64,000 nt of DNA from Lama glama (taxonomy: Eukaryota), in the NCBI GenBank assembly GCA_028534125.1, contig CM052817.1, positions 75,890,001 to 75,954,000 of the forward strand, given 5' to 3'. The translations under genes and the position numbers were made by a program. Below, one piece after another: positions 14,091 to 26,435 of the stretch. Under the pieces are notes generated by a model. The model was not told where the DNA came from. It searched no databases and saw nothing but the letters and a program-made list of their open reading frames with translations. Within the stretch, counting starts at the first letter, position 1, and the number at the start of each line of letters is the position of its first letter.

Positions 14091-14119
14091 TACCATTAAC
14101 TCTTTGATCCGAAAAGGAA

Positions 14120-15900
14120 TGATTCAACAAATTTATTTATTTATTCTAGTTACAAGAATTTCCAAACAATTATTATACAGCAAGCACTGTACGAGGTACC
14201 GAGGTTACAGTGATGAACAAACAGAAAACGTTCATCTCCTTCATGAAACTTTCATCTTAATGGAATGGATTCACTTAGGAGAGAGGGAATAAAGAGGATA
14301 ATATTTTAGGTGGGAAGGTGATATATGACTCTTTTTAAGAAGGGGATTTTTGAACACCAAATACAGTGTAAGAGTGAGCCATCTGAATTACAGGGGAAGA
14401 GTATTCCAGGCAAGGGAACAGGAAATATAAAGCCCTCAAATGGTTATGGGATTGGTACATTTGAAGATCTATACAAGGGATAATATGGCTGATGAAGAGT
14501 AATAAGGGGAAGACTTGTAAGGCTGGATGTCTGAGGAATAAACAGGTGCCATAAATACAGCTTTATGAATATGTGTGTATGAGTGATTTTGTATATAAAA
14601 TATAATTTTGTTATAGAAATTTTCATTCATACACAAAACTAGATAGAATAGGATATTAGACCCATATGTATTCAGCACTTACTTAAAGATATTACCAACA
14701 TTTTGCCAAGCTTGATTCGTGTATTTCTCTCTAACCACTGCTTTATTTTTTTTGAGAAAGAGTAACAGGACAGCTTTGTAGTTATACTGTTAAGTTCTCA
14801 AGACATTATTTCTTGAAACACATGATGCATATGTGATTGTTCCACTTCATGTGACACTTAGATTGATCAGAGAGTTATTATTCAGTCAGTATAGTCTCAC
14901 AGTTGTAACATTTCCAATGGGAACATAATGTTTGGAAATAAAAACAGCCTCATGTTAGATTGGAATCAAAATAGAAAATCCAAGAAGAAAGCAAAAATTT
15001 GGATGATTAATTAAGTCAGTGGCTATGCCATTTGCTATAATAAGTAGCACAGGGGAGAAATAGACACTGGGATGAATTAGGACTTTATTCATGGATGTGG
15101 TCCATTTATGATGCCTCTTAACACCTAAGCCATGATATGAATCTGAAGTTCAGAGAAAAGGTCAGGAATGGGGATATAAAATTTTGGGGTCACCAGATTG
15201 GAGATAGTTTATTAGACAGTTGACTAAACATGGTAAACTTAATAGTAAGTATTTTCAAAAGAAGGAAAAGAGTCAGAGGAAAAAACTCTACAACACCTCA
15301 TCATTTATTAGTTAATAAAAGTAGAAATATGAGACTTATGACATATGACATATAAGACTTATAAGACACATGAAACTTATAAGATAAATGGTCATTGATT
15401 TGAGAAGAGGACCAGGAGGAATGATGTATCAAATATCAGCAAAGAAAATATAGAAGGGAGAGAGTGATCAGCGGGGTCCAACATTGCTTAAATGTCAGAT
15501 AAGATTAGGAACAAGAACAGAAATGTGGATTTGGTAATGAGAGGTCATAACTCACCTTGACAATAGGAATTCTCACTGGAGACGTGGAGATGAGCTTTTT
15601 TGTAATGTTGGTTTCAGAGAGCACTGGAGAAAAGGAATGAAGGTGGCAAGACAACAATGTGAGTATTTCCATAATGGAAAGTGAAAATGAACACTTGGAG
15701 ATGCTTGTGCTGCCGAGAAGATATTTATTTGGTTTCGACTTTGTTCTTTTAAAGATGACATTTATTCAATCATCTTTATATGCTAACTGGACGGATCTAG
15801 GAAATAGGAGAATACAGGAAACATAGAAAAGATAGTGCTTGCAAGAGAAATGGCCTGTTTGGGTGAGAATTTAAAACTCTGGTGCATAAATGGAAAACCT
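14120..15900 (-). mobile_element. L2 LINE remnants (fragmented, partly interrupted)
   Basis: ATTCAACAAATTTATT...AAGCACTGT...TACAGTGATGAACAAACAGA is the L2 3' end in antisense. GAATCTGAAGTTCAGAGAAAAGGTCAGGAATGGGGATATAAAATTTTGGGGTCACCAG is L2 body. Confidence 0.7.
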
Positions 15901-16164
15901 GACTTTAGACAGGTGCAAGAAATATTTGCTCTTTTTACAAGAGGCAGTAGAAAAGTAAAATTTTGTAGTCATGGAGTTTAGGGCTTCTCTTCATATTTTC
16001 TTCAGTTGTTCATATTAAATGTAATTATCAGTTGAGAATGGGAAGAATTATTATGTCATAATTTTATAGGGTAGCAAAGGGAATTGACCAGTGAAACATG
16101 TATATGTGTATATATATATATATATATTTATACATAAATCATATGTATATTATTTACATACATA

Positions 16165-17945
16165 AAAATTTATTTTCCTTAGGTATAATTAACAAATAAA
16201 GTTGTGTTTATTTAAATTGTACAACATGATGATGCATACACATTGTGACATGGTTTCCACAAACAAGTTCACTAGCACATCTGTCACCCCACATACAGAA
16301 TGCTTCAGATCTAGTCTTTTATCAAGTTTCAACTATGCAATGCAGTATTAAGTATAGTCACCATGCTGTACATTAAATCTTCAGAACTTTTTCATCTAAT
16401 AATTGAAAGTTTGCACTCTTGGAACAACTGTCACGGTTTTGTTAAGTCAACATTTGTTAAGTAGAACCACAGGGTGCCAGATGGTGAGCCAGAGTTTAAG
16501 AAAAGACCACAAGAGGAGTTGAGATAGAGTGATCTTGACATTCATCACTCACAGGTCTGGGAGGAAGTACATGGCGTGCCTCAAGGAGCCACACAGCAAG
16601 GTCAAGGTAGGGTGCAGGAAGAGAGTGACAGGATCTGGGTCACATGTCATTATTAGGGTCTATTGGTGGAATGCTTTCAGGTTCCTGGGCTAAGACCAGT
16701 GACAAATTCAAACCAGAGGAGCGGAATTTTGATTATCTCCATGGGGGTCTTACCTAAGAGGTGCACTCGAGGAAGGCACTGGGAGACAGGAGACTGTGTA
16801 TCACATTAACTAAGTGATATCAGGACCTTTCAGTTACCTGTGACTCTGTGGGCTGTTATCTAGGGCATGTACTTGCATAATGGGCTAATGTCAGTTTAAG
16901 GGCTACTGCAGGCCCTTTGGCCAACAAAATGGAGTGGCTTAACAAGTCTTGACACCAACATCTCCCCATTCCCTTTAACCCCAGACCCTGGCAACCACCT
17001 TGTCTACTCTTTGTTTTTATGATTTTGACTATTTTTTTTAAGTGCCATATGTAAGTGATACTATACAATACTTGTCTTTCTGGGTCTGAATTTCACTTAG
17101 CATAATGCCCTCGATTTCCATCCATGTTGTCACAATTGTAGGATTTCCTTCTTTTTATGGCTGGATAATATTCCACTGTATGTAAATGTATCACATTTTT
17201 CTCTTCATTCATTCATGGATAGACACTTAGTGTCCATATTTTGAACTATTGTGAAAATAAATATGGGAATGCAGATATCTTTTTGAGATACTTTTCTCAA
17301 TGTTTTCAGCTATATACCCATGAGATGGATTTCTGGATCATGTAGTGGTTCTATTTTCATTTTTTAAAAGAAATTTCACCCTCTTTTCCATAATGGCTGC
17401 ACGAATATACACTTCCAGCAATAACATACAAGGTTTCCCTTGTCTTCACATTTTTAGCAGCACAAATCTCCCACCTCTTAGATAAAAGCCTTTCTAACAG
17501 AAATGAAATGATATCTCATTGCTGTTTTAATTTGCATTTTCCTTATCAGGCTATTTATATATCTTCTTTGGATAAATGTCTACTCGGGTCCTTTGCTCAG
17601 TTTTAAAGTTGGATCATTTGTGTTTTTTCTATTGAGCTGTAAGAGTTTCTCATATATTTTAGATATTAACTTCTTGTCAGTTACATAGTTTGCAAATATT
17701 TCCTCCTATTCCATGGGTTACCTTTTCATTTTGTTGATGGTTTTCTTTACTGTGCAGAAGCTTTTTAATTGACATAGTTCCACTTGTATATTTTTGCTTT
17801 TGTTGTTTGTGCTTTTGATGTCATATCCAAAAAAACCTTTGCCAAAACCAATTAGGGAGTTTTTTCCCTATTTTTTCTTCTAGGAATTTTACAGTTTTAG
17901 GTTTCACATCTAAACCTTTAATCCATTTTGAGTTAATTTTGTAAA
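16165..17945 (-). mobile_element. L1MA9/10-like LINE-1 3' region, interrupted by a solo LTR
   Basis: Antisense 3' UTR (TATAGTCACCATGCTGTACATTAAATCTTCAGAAC...CAACATCTCCCCATTCCC) and the ORF2 C-terminal region (TTTGCAAATATTTCCTCCTATTCC, TGTGCAGAAGCTTTTTAATT). Confidence 0.85.
16429..16954 (-). mobile_element. Solo LTR (ERVL-like, 526 bp) nested in L1
   Basis: TGT...ACA termini and a 5-bp TSD (ACAAC 16424-16428 / CCAAC 16955-16959). The host L1 is contiguous on both sides. Exact family not recognised. Confidence 0.8.
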
Positions 17946-18073
17946 AATTCTTATGGCTCCAGTATAGGCCTCGCCACCCAGTTAAATGGATTCAGCTTCA
18001 TATCTATAAAAGCTAAAAGAAGAGGTATATTAAATGGAACTAGGATTGTTTAAACAAATAAAGAGCAAGAAGA

Positions 18074-18550
18074 TGTCAACTGAAGTAAAAATCACACAAT
18101 GTGGGAGTGTAAGTGAAGTTTTGTTCTGAGCAGAATGAGGACTGTAGCCCAGGAGAAAGCACCTCAGGTGGCTCTGAGAACTGCTCGGGAGAGGAGGGGA
18201 TTTCAGCGAAGGGGGCGTGCCGTCAGGCACACGTCTGGCAGAGGCTTGCTGCTAGTCACAAGGAGCAGACGTCACTGTTAATGATTTTGTGCTTTTCTAG
18301 ATAAGAAGAGGCACAAGAATTTGGGCTTATAAATATTCTCCTGAAACTGTCTATCTGAAGGCCTGTTCTGCCAGTTTTCCCAGAGCACAGCCTGCCTCAT
18401 TTCTGAGCTCCATCCTGAAAGCGTCTCAGGGAGTGTTGGAGGTCAGCGGGTGAAGCGGTTTATGATTTAATCCAAGCAGAGGTAGATGACAAGTGCCAGT
18501 GTGATTCAGTCCCGTAGGGGCAGGTGGCAAGTGCCAATTTTCAGCTGGCA
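18074..18550 (-). mobile_element. ERV1 solo LTR, MER41-like (laurasiatherian/artiodactyl type)
   Basis: TG...CA termini and a 4-bp TSD AAGA/AAGC. TGAGGACTGTAGCCCAGGAGAAAGCACCTCAGGTGGCTCTGAGAACTGCTC and GTTAATGATTTTGTGCTTTTCTAGATAAGAAGAGGCACAAGAATTTGGGCT resemble MER41-type LTRs. Confidence 0.75.
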
Positions 18551-18677
18551 AAGCTTAGCTAACAGATCAAGGGAAGGTTAATATACGAGGAAGAGGAGCG
18601 TCACTGTCTGTCAGAGAAGAAGAGAAAAAAAATCAAGAGAAGCTGCCGAGATTACATACGCTTTAGGGAAAAGGAAT

Positions 18678-19030
18678 TGTCTTTGTCTGCCCTGCTATAA
18701 CAAAATGCCACAGACTGGGGATTATAAACAATAAATACTTAGCTTTCATGGTCTTGGAGACTGGAAGTCCAAAATTACAGTGCCAGCGTATTTCTGGTGA
18801 GAGCTCTCTCCTGGATTGTAGACTGCCGACTCCGCATTTCATCCTCACGTGGCAGAGGTGCAAGGGAGCTGTGTAAGGCCTCATTTATAAGGGCATTAAT
18901 TCCATGCATGAGGGTTTCATTCTGTGACCTAATCACATTGCAATGCCCATGTCTTAATACCATCCCATTGGGCATTAGTCTCAGCATATGTATTTGATGA
19001 GAGGGGTGCATAAACTTTCAGCCTATAGCA
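18678..19030 (-). mobile_element. MaLR solo LTR (MLT1A0-like)
   Basis: CTGCTATAACAAAATGCCACAGACTGGG...GGAGACTGGAAGTCCAA...TTTATAAGGGCATTAATTCCAT...GACCTAATCAC...TTCAGCCTATAGCA. Confidence 0.9.
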
Positions 19031-19231
19031 GGAATAAAGGGGGTTTTGTTGTCATTTTGTTTTTCCTCAGTCATACCTTGAGCAACCTGTTTGTGTTGCT
19101 TTCATATGCTGAGACAGTTCTGTTGAAATCAGGAACACAGAGGCTGTTCTTTATTTTAATCACATGGAGTTCCTTTGCCATTGAAACACAAATAGCCAGA
19201 GGAAAGGAAGGCACTGCAATTACTCGTATAT

Positions 19232-19430
19232 TCACTCCTTCATTTAATTCTTCATCAATCTAATACTTATTGAGCACTTATTTTGTGCCAGGTTATATCC
19301 TGGGTCCTGTTTAATTAAGAAGACAGAAAAAGACATCTATCCTGATAAAACTTGCATTCTAGCAGGGAGAGACAGAATGGCATGATAAAATTGTCAGCTA
19401 TGTAGTATTAGAAGCTGGTAAGAACAAAGG
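19232..19430 (-). mobile_element. L2 3' end
   Basis: AATACTTATTGAGCACTTATTTTGTGCCAGG...CTTGCATTCTAGCAGGGAGAGACAGA. Confidence 0.8.
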
Positions 19431-19779
19431 ATGAAAGTCTCCATTTTTGTTGCTATGCTTCTCCTGGCTTGGGATAAATCAACTTACTTCCCAAGGGAAA
19501 TTTTTCTCAGTATTGTCACCCTCCTCCTTCGTCAGATGATTGCTGCTGATAGTGAAGTCCTTCTCTCTAAAATTTCCAAAACAGCTTTAACACAGTTCTA
19601 CACACTTCCTCAAAATTGTATATGACCCCACCATTTCATCACATCCATTATTCACCTCCTGAAAATCTGAGAAAATACTTCACAACAAATTTTCTCTTGA
19701 CATACTAGGACTAATGTGAATTTAGATTTAACCTTATCCTCACAGAAGTCTTGGTTTTATGTGAAAGTGAATGCAGTTG

Positions 19780-20316
19780 TACGTTATAGGGGTGTGATTT
19801 TATACAAGTACAGGAGCTAGTGAAGCAGTTTCTTTAAGGCTCTTGTCATGTCTGGTGTGGGAGCTTGAAGCCAGAGAACAGCAGGCAATTAAGATAGGCA
19901 GATGGATGTAAGATGGAGAGAAGAACCAGCTGGTACCCACAAACATGAACTGGAGCCTTTGAGGACAGGAATCTGTGTCAGTCACCATTGCCTCCGACCT
20001 CAATGGAAGACCAGGATGCCCTTCATTATGAACGGAAACACATACACCTTTGCCTCAGACTCAGAGAAGCTGAGGAGGATACAGGAGAATATGGACCAGT
20101 TGTACACCTATGTGCTGCTTCACACCAAAAAGGTGAGCCAGCAGGAAAACAAGGGTGTATAGGAGATATTGAAAATGGCTGCTGTGTCACTTTTGCCCTT
20201 CACATCTCCGGCAAGAATCTCTCTCATGGCCCATGCTAACTGGAGAAAAAGCTGGAAAGGAATTCTGGGAAATGTAGTTTAGCTCCTCCAAGTTGACATG
20301 TTGCAAAGTCATCACG
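19780..20316 (-). mobile_element. Ancient LTR (LTR78/LTR79-like)
   Basis: GC-richer block ending GGAAAGGAATTCTGGGAAATGTAGTTTAGCTCCTCCAAGTTGACA, typical of LTR78/79-type elements in antisense. Confidence 0.55.
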
Positions 20317-21381
20317 GATATCATGGCTGAATTTCTTCATTTTCACAGAGTAATTGGTTTGGTCCCCTACGCTATGTCTACAAATTGTTTTCAGAAAAAT
20401 AGACTCTAAAGTCTTTTTTTTTGTTTGTTTTCCTCACATACAGAAATTGTATTATGATAAAATTACAGAGAGAATTACAACCTTGTGAAATAAAGAATAT
20501 GATTTCTATGAATCCACATTCAATTTCCATAAAGGTGAATGAACTCCAACTTTTTCATTCTGTCACTTGGCTAGCAATTTACATTCCAGAGAGTGAGACT
20601 CTTAGGGGTTCCTTCCTGGAGTTCTTGTTTCCTGGCTCTCTGGACCTGATATACAAGATGCATGTAAACCACAGAATTGAGTCACCTGTTTAGTAACTCA
20701 GGCCAAAACCAAATATTTTCCTCTTTTTAAGAGCACCACAATATTCTTTCAAAACTTAAGTTTTCTCCATTGGTCAAGATTTATCAGATAAATTTGAGCA
20801 CGTAGCTCAAGCTAGGCCAATCACAATAATATAAAAATTCAAAAAGTAGTCTAACATGAAGACAGCTACTATATTAATTTTAATTAATGGTAATTAATAA
20901 GGGATTGATAGTATTACTTAATATTCAAAGAATGCTTCATAAAAACCAGGCCTGTGTACTCCCAGGCATGTGTATTAACCAGTGCTCTATAGACAGTTTA
21001 TTTTGGCACTGTCAGTCCTAGAATTGAAACAGGTAACAAGAACTCAGTCCAGAAACAAAATTATGGTTGGCACAGTAAATGAGCCTGAAAGAATAAATCC
21101 ATAGTAGCATAAAACATTGCCTTAGACTTAGACAGACAACAATCAATACCAGTCCAATCTAGTCAAGAAACTGAAAGCACATGCTGTTCATTTAACTCTC
21201 TTTCAAAAATTTCCACTTCTGCCAGATACTCTCTTGCTTTGTTTGTAGACATAGAATTAGATAGTTATTTATGTTTAGGGAAATTAACAACAGAATATCA
21301 GAGAAAGACATTCAGAAACTATTTTTTATTGAACTGTATTTTGAAGTAAATGAACCAGAGTGTAATAATCTTACAGAATAC

Positions 21382-22595
21382 CAGTTTTCAAAGTGTATCC
21401 GTACACTAGTGTGAGGACCCCACAATCCTTTTAGGGAGACCTAAAGATCAGTACTATTTTTATAATAATGCTAGGATGTTATTTTCTGTTTTCATTGTGT
21501 TAATATGTAAACTAAAGAGTCAGACTCAATGATGAGTAAAACTGCTGTTGCTTTAGCATGAATTAAGACAACGACACCAAACACTTCTAGTAGTGATTTT
21601 TTTTTCATCAGCAAGAACTCATTGTAAAACAAACAGAATCTAGTTTTTATCTTCAATGGAGATATAAAAATTAATATTATTAAGTATTAGCAATAATACA
21701 TTTGTATTTTTAATATCACGTGTGAAAATGTGCAGAGTGAAAATATGCATAAAGCACTTAAGGTGCAGATCAAAGTACAGTCCTTATGTGAAAACACCTA
21801 TGTGATTGTTTGATTTGAAAACTGAACTAGTCACTTTTTTCAAATGACCACAACTTAAGCTTGAAAGAATAAATGAGAGGCAAATTGGGATTATCCAGGG
21901 TTGAGTACTTGACAGATGTTTTCTCAGAAATGAACTAATTAAGTGAGCCTGACACTAAGGAAAATAACTTAAAATTTGAACTTAAGAGCAAACATTAGAT
22001 TTTGAAAACTTGTATATACCACTTTGAGCTTGATCCCTTCCAGTCTTAAACTTTTTTTTGGTCGAGGAAATTAACAGATGCAGTTATTTTTATTTTGTAT
22101 GATAAAATGTGTCAACATTTGGATCTGTTTTTTAAAAATCCAAAAACCCAACTTTTTCTAAATCATTAAAGTATTATGTTGCAAAAACATGTATGGATAA
22201 AATGCTCATAAAATAACATAAAATGCAGGTAGGTCCAGTGGATTTTACTGTGACATTCCACACTGAGACTAACTGTTAAGAAACTTCTACTTAATATGTT
22301 TTCATTTATCACCAAAGAAGAATATCCACAATTATCTGGAAAGGCATATATTAAAAATATTGAAAAATGTTAAACAATTCCATTTCCTCATAAATTTTTT
22401 ACATTGAAAAGATATTTTTTACAAGAAGATTTATTGTAAGATGTAACAAGTTCATTGTTATATTATAAAACGTATTTTTTAATATCCATTCAGTATGGTA
22501 AATAACCACATATACCAAACAAAAGCTTTTGAGGGGTCCTCAAAAAAAGTTTAAGTTTATGGTTTTCCTGAGGCTGAAGAGTTTGATTACCACTG
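21382..22595 (+). mobile_element. hAT-Charlie DNA transposon (Charlie1a-like), both ends present
   Basis: 5' CAGTTTTCAAAGTGTATCC...ACTATTTTTATAATAATGCTAGG...GTAAAACTGCTGTTGCTTTAGCATGAATTAAGACA; 3' AAAGCTTTTGAGGGGTCCTCAA...TCCTGAGGCTGAAGAGTTTGATTACCACTG. Confidence 0.85.
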
Positions 22596-22691
22596 TTTTC
22601 AAGAGTAGAAGTATATAACACATACACCGTCTATTTCAGTATAACTCCTCTATAGTCTTTTTTACTACCCTAGTAAAACTCACGTATCTTA

Positions 22692-22810
22692 GATCATTCA
22701 TTTTTATCAACAAATGTTTGTTGAACGACTATAGTGCAGTAGCCACTTTTGTAGGTGCTGGGGTATGGAAGTGAACAAACAGACCCTTTTGCTGCTTTTA
22801 TAGATTTTAT
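22692..22810 (-). mobile_element. L2 3' end
   Basis: TCAACAAATGTTTGTTGAACGACTATAGTGC...TAGGTGCTGGGGTATGGAAGTGAACAAACAGAC. Confidence 0.7.
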
Positions 22811-23982
22811 ATATGTGCTATAGATCTACTGATAGATCTGCTGTGGATCTTATAGCTGCTGTTGGTCTCAGAGGTCTGCTCTTTTGTCTCTCTTCTAGAG
22901 ATAATAACCCTTACTCCTTCACCTTCTGCTAATGTCCTGTTGATTCTGGTCTTACTGTCTTAAGATTTTGAAGCTGTATGCTAAAAAGTTTAAATAAAAT
23001 CTTAAAATAAATATCTTTAAAAAAGTCTTCAAACAGGTTTATTAGTTTTATTCCATAGACATAGTAGTTAGACAGAGTCAGTTCTAATAAGCTTTATTTT
23101 TATTCAGTTTTATTTGACTTACCACATTTTCAACATTGTCATTGCAAATGTTTCCAGGCTGTTATGGTTCCCATACCCACACACCAACACATGTCTCTAC
23201 AGTTACCTCACCTACTCAAGAGTGAAGTCTGAATTGTGGGAAACCACTCAGTCTTAGAAATAGATATTGTAGAACTGTCTTTTAGTAACAGATTTCTTAT
23301 TCCATGAGGATGAATGCATTCTTAAAGAAGTGGGTGCATACTGAGAAGCATGTCCAGAATCCTCTAATTGGAGAGTAAAAAAGATAAAACAATAAAAGAA
23401 GTTGAAAAAAAAAGAATTAGAAGATTGGTGAATATCTAGGATCTTGAAAACTAAGAAAGAATGTAGTTTCAAATAGAATAGAAAGTTTACATGACCAAAT
23501 GCTACTGAAAATTTAAGGGGGGATATATTTGCTTGTACATATATAGCATAATGAAATCTAACTAGTTAGATTTTTTTTGTTTTTCTTAAGTGAACAGTTT
23601 CTCCAAGTTGGCAGGAAAACATTTTTAGGAAAATGATTGTCTAAAGGTATAAATAACCCTGAGCTAAAAGAAGACTTTATATTTAACTCTCACTCTTCTA
23701 CTCAACTTTTACAAATTGTACAAAGTCTATTGATATTTCCTGAGTTTTCAAAATTTGTATAACAATCCCTACCCTATTTATCAATTTGTGAAAAGAAAAT
23801 TGATATTATATTAAATATACTTTGTAAAAAAGATCACGTAATTTCAAGTGGATGTTTGTTTTAGACAAATGTAACTTTATTGACTTACTGGCTTCCTTTT
23901 GTTCTAATTTCCTCTCCCCAGCCCATCTAGTACATCTTAAGGGCAACTCTCAAAAGATTGCAATGGCCTAATACTGCATCTT

Positions 23983-25242
23983 ATTTTTAATTGAAGTACA
24001 TTCAGTAACAATGTGCCAGTTTCTGGTGTATAACATAATGTCGCAGTCATGTATATATACACATATATTCATTTTCATATTCTTTTTCATTAAAGGTTAT
24101 TATAAGATATTGAATAGAGTTCCCTGTGCTATACAGAAGAAATTTGTTTTTTATCTATTTTTATATATAGTGGTTAACATTTGCAAATCTCAATCTCCCA
24201 AGTTTACCCCTCTTCACTCCCTTTCCCCTGGTAACCATAGGATTGTTTACTATGTCTGCAAGTCTGTTTCTATTTTGTACATAAATTTGTTAGTGTCCTC
24301 TTTTACCTTTTTTATTTCCTTTTTTTTTAAATCCTACATATGAGTGATACATATTTTTCTTTCTCTTTCTGGCTTACTTCACTTAGAATGACAATCTCTA
24401 GGCCCATCTATGTTGCTGCAAATGGCATTATTTTATTCGTTTTTATGTCTGAGTAGTATTCCGTTGTATAAATATACCACAACTTTATCCAGTTATCTGT
24501 TGATGGGCATTTAGATTGCTTCCATGTCTTGGCTGTTGCATATATAGTGATGCTATGAACACTGGGGTGCATATCTTTTCAAATTGGAGTTCCCTCCAGA
24601 TATATGCTCAGGAATGGGCATACTGGATCATAGGGTAAGTCTATTTTTCGTTTTTTGAGGAACCTCCAGGCTGTTTTCCATATTGCTTCAAACTACATTC
24701 TCACCAGTAGTGTAGGAGGACTCCCTTTTCTCCACACCCTCTCCAGCATTTATTGTTCATGTACTTTTGAATGATGGCCATTCTGACTAGTGTGAGGTGA
24801 TATCCCACTGTTTTTTTGATTTGCATTTCTCTGATCATTAGCAATATTGAGCATTTTTTCATGTTCCAATTGGCCATTTGTATGTCTTCATTGGAGAATT
24901 GCTTATTTAGGTCTTCTGCCAATATTTGGATTGGATTGTTTGTTTTTTTGTTGTTAAGTTGTATGAGCAGAGTATACATAATGGAAATTAAACCTTTGTC
25001 AGTCACATCATTTGGAAATATTTTCTCCCATTCTGTAGGTTGTCATTTAGTTTTACTTATGGTTTCCTTTGTTATGCAAAAGCTCATGTTTAATTAGGTC
25101 CCATTAGTTTATTTTTGCTTTTATTTCTATTGCCTGGGTAGATTGCCCTAGGAGAACATTGCTAAGATGTATGTCAGAGAATGTTTTGCCAATGTATTCT
25201 TCTAGAAGGTTTACTGTGTCTTGTCTTTTAATTTTCTTTAAA
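23983..25242 (-). mobile_element. 5'-truncated young (camelid-type) LINE-1, about 1.26 kb, with a 15-bp TSD
   Basis: TSD CTAATA(C/T)TGCATCTT at 23968-23982 and 25243-25257, with a TT/AAAG endonuclease-like site on the minus strand. The minus ORF 24701-25006 (TDKGLIS...DIQMAN..MKKCS...[13 protein letters not shown]) is the L1 ORF2 C-terminus. Confidence 0.93.
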
Positions 25243-26169
25243 CTAATATTGCATCTTTAAGAGTCTTTTTATCAGGAATTTATAATAAAAAACTGAGTCA
25301 TTAAGACCATAAAAATGTGATTAACGTCTGTAGAAGAAAATTGTACTAAAGTAATCTGCTAAAAGCTTGAGACAGGAAAAAAAAAGTGGAAATTTAGAAG
25401 AGAGGATGACATAACAAAAAAAAGAATTAACAAAATCAGTGATAACTTGTCAATCAGAATTTGACAAAGGAAATATTTGATTGCACTGCAGGTAATTGCC
25501 TGTGAATAGTCAGCTAAAACTTAGTATATTAAGATTTTCAAAATTCTACTCATACCCCAGAACATAAATTTTTGTCACAATTATTTTTCCTAAATAGACA
25601 TGGAAAATATTTCTGAGCACCATTTCATATAATTTTTCATTAAACCAAATATTACTGTTTACTGACAATAAGATAGTTTGGAAATAAATCTGAAGAATTA
25701 GTTGTTCTTATTAAACCAACATTTAGCACTGATTAATTTGAGCAAAAGTTAGTTTTAGAATCATCAACCATTGTATGTATGTCTATACAACTTCCTAGAC
25801 TGCTTCTTTGAAATTTTAAGAGCACAAATAAATTAATAGGTATCTACCTGATGTAATGTGGACACACACATTGTATATACATAGCATATTTGGTGTATAT
25901 AAAATCTTGCTTTTTCTAACCTCCCTTTCTCAGTTTAGCCTCAAACCTCTGCAGTTACTCTTACTTTATCCTGTAATGTTCTTGCTCATCCAGATCTTTA
26001 TATGGTTCATTACATCTCATTATTTAAGTCTCTGGTAAAATGTCACTATTTTCTACCCTTACTGTCCTATCAAAAACTCAAGCACAGAGTATATAGCTAG
26101 TCAGCTTCTGCATGACAGTTATTCACGGTTAAAGACAGCCATGAGCTTTCTCTTGTACAGGATATATAT

Positions 26170-26435
26170 CCTTAATTTTATTACCCAATCTTTGATGAAT
26201 TTGAATATTCTCACCATTCCATTGTTTTCCAAATTGACATCATACTCCTTAAAATAAGGGTTTAAAAGTGAATAAACTACCCTGCGTGGCTGATCAGTAA
26301 AGAGCAGGATAGAACTATTACCTCCCTCATTTTAAGTGCTTGACTTCTGTTATAGTGCCCTGAGATTTTAGTATCTGTTAGATGTATCTTACTGTTGAAT
26401 CACAGTGAGAATATTGGAAGTTTAAATACCTAAGT
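26170..26435 (-). mobile_element. L3/CR1 LINE fragment
   Basis: CTCCTTAAAATAAGG...GTGGCTGATCAGTAAAGAGCAGGATAGAACTATTACCTCCCTCATT...CTTCTGTTATAGTGCCCTGAGATT...ACTGTTGAATCACAGTGAG follows the L3 antisense consensus order. Confidence 0.7.

Noticed and set aside
15331..15385. Short GAC(A/T)TATGA/TAAGAC-type repeats resembling a spaced array
   Set aside because: A degenerate minisatellite without unique spacers. There are no CRISPR-like arrays or cas genes, and the DNA is mammalian.
21382..22595. Possible domesticated hAT transposase
   Set aside because: A non-autonomous Charlie1a-like copy with no ORF of 60 aa or more in the track and no recognisable 8-bp TSD.
23212..23363. Minus-strand exon-like interval (long pyrimidine tract, GTGAGG donor)
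   Set aside because: It has stops in all three frames and no supporting neighbouring exons; at most non-coding, and unsupported.
24701..25006. ORF with clear protein similarity
   Set aside because: It is the decayed L1 ORF2 C-terminus, not a host gene.
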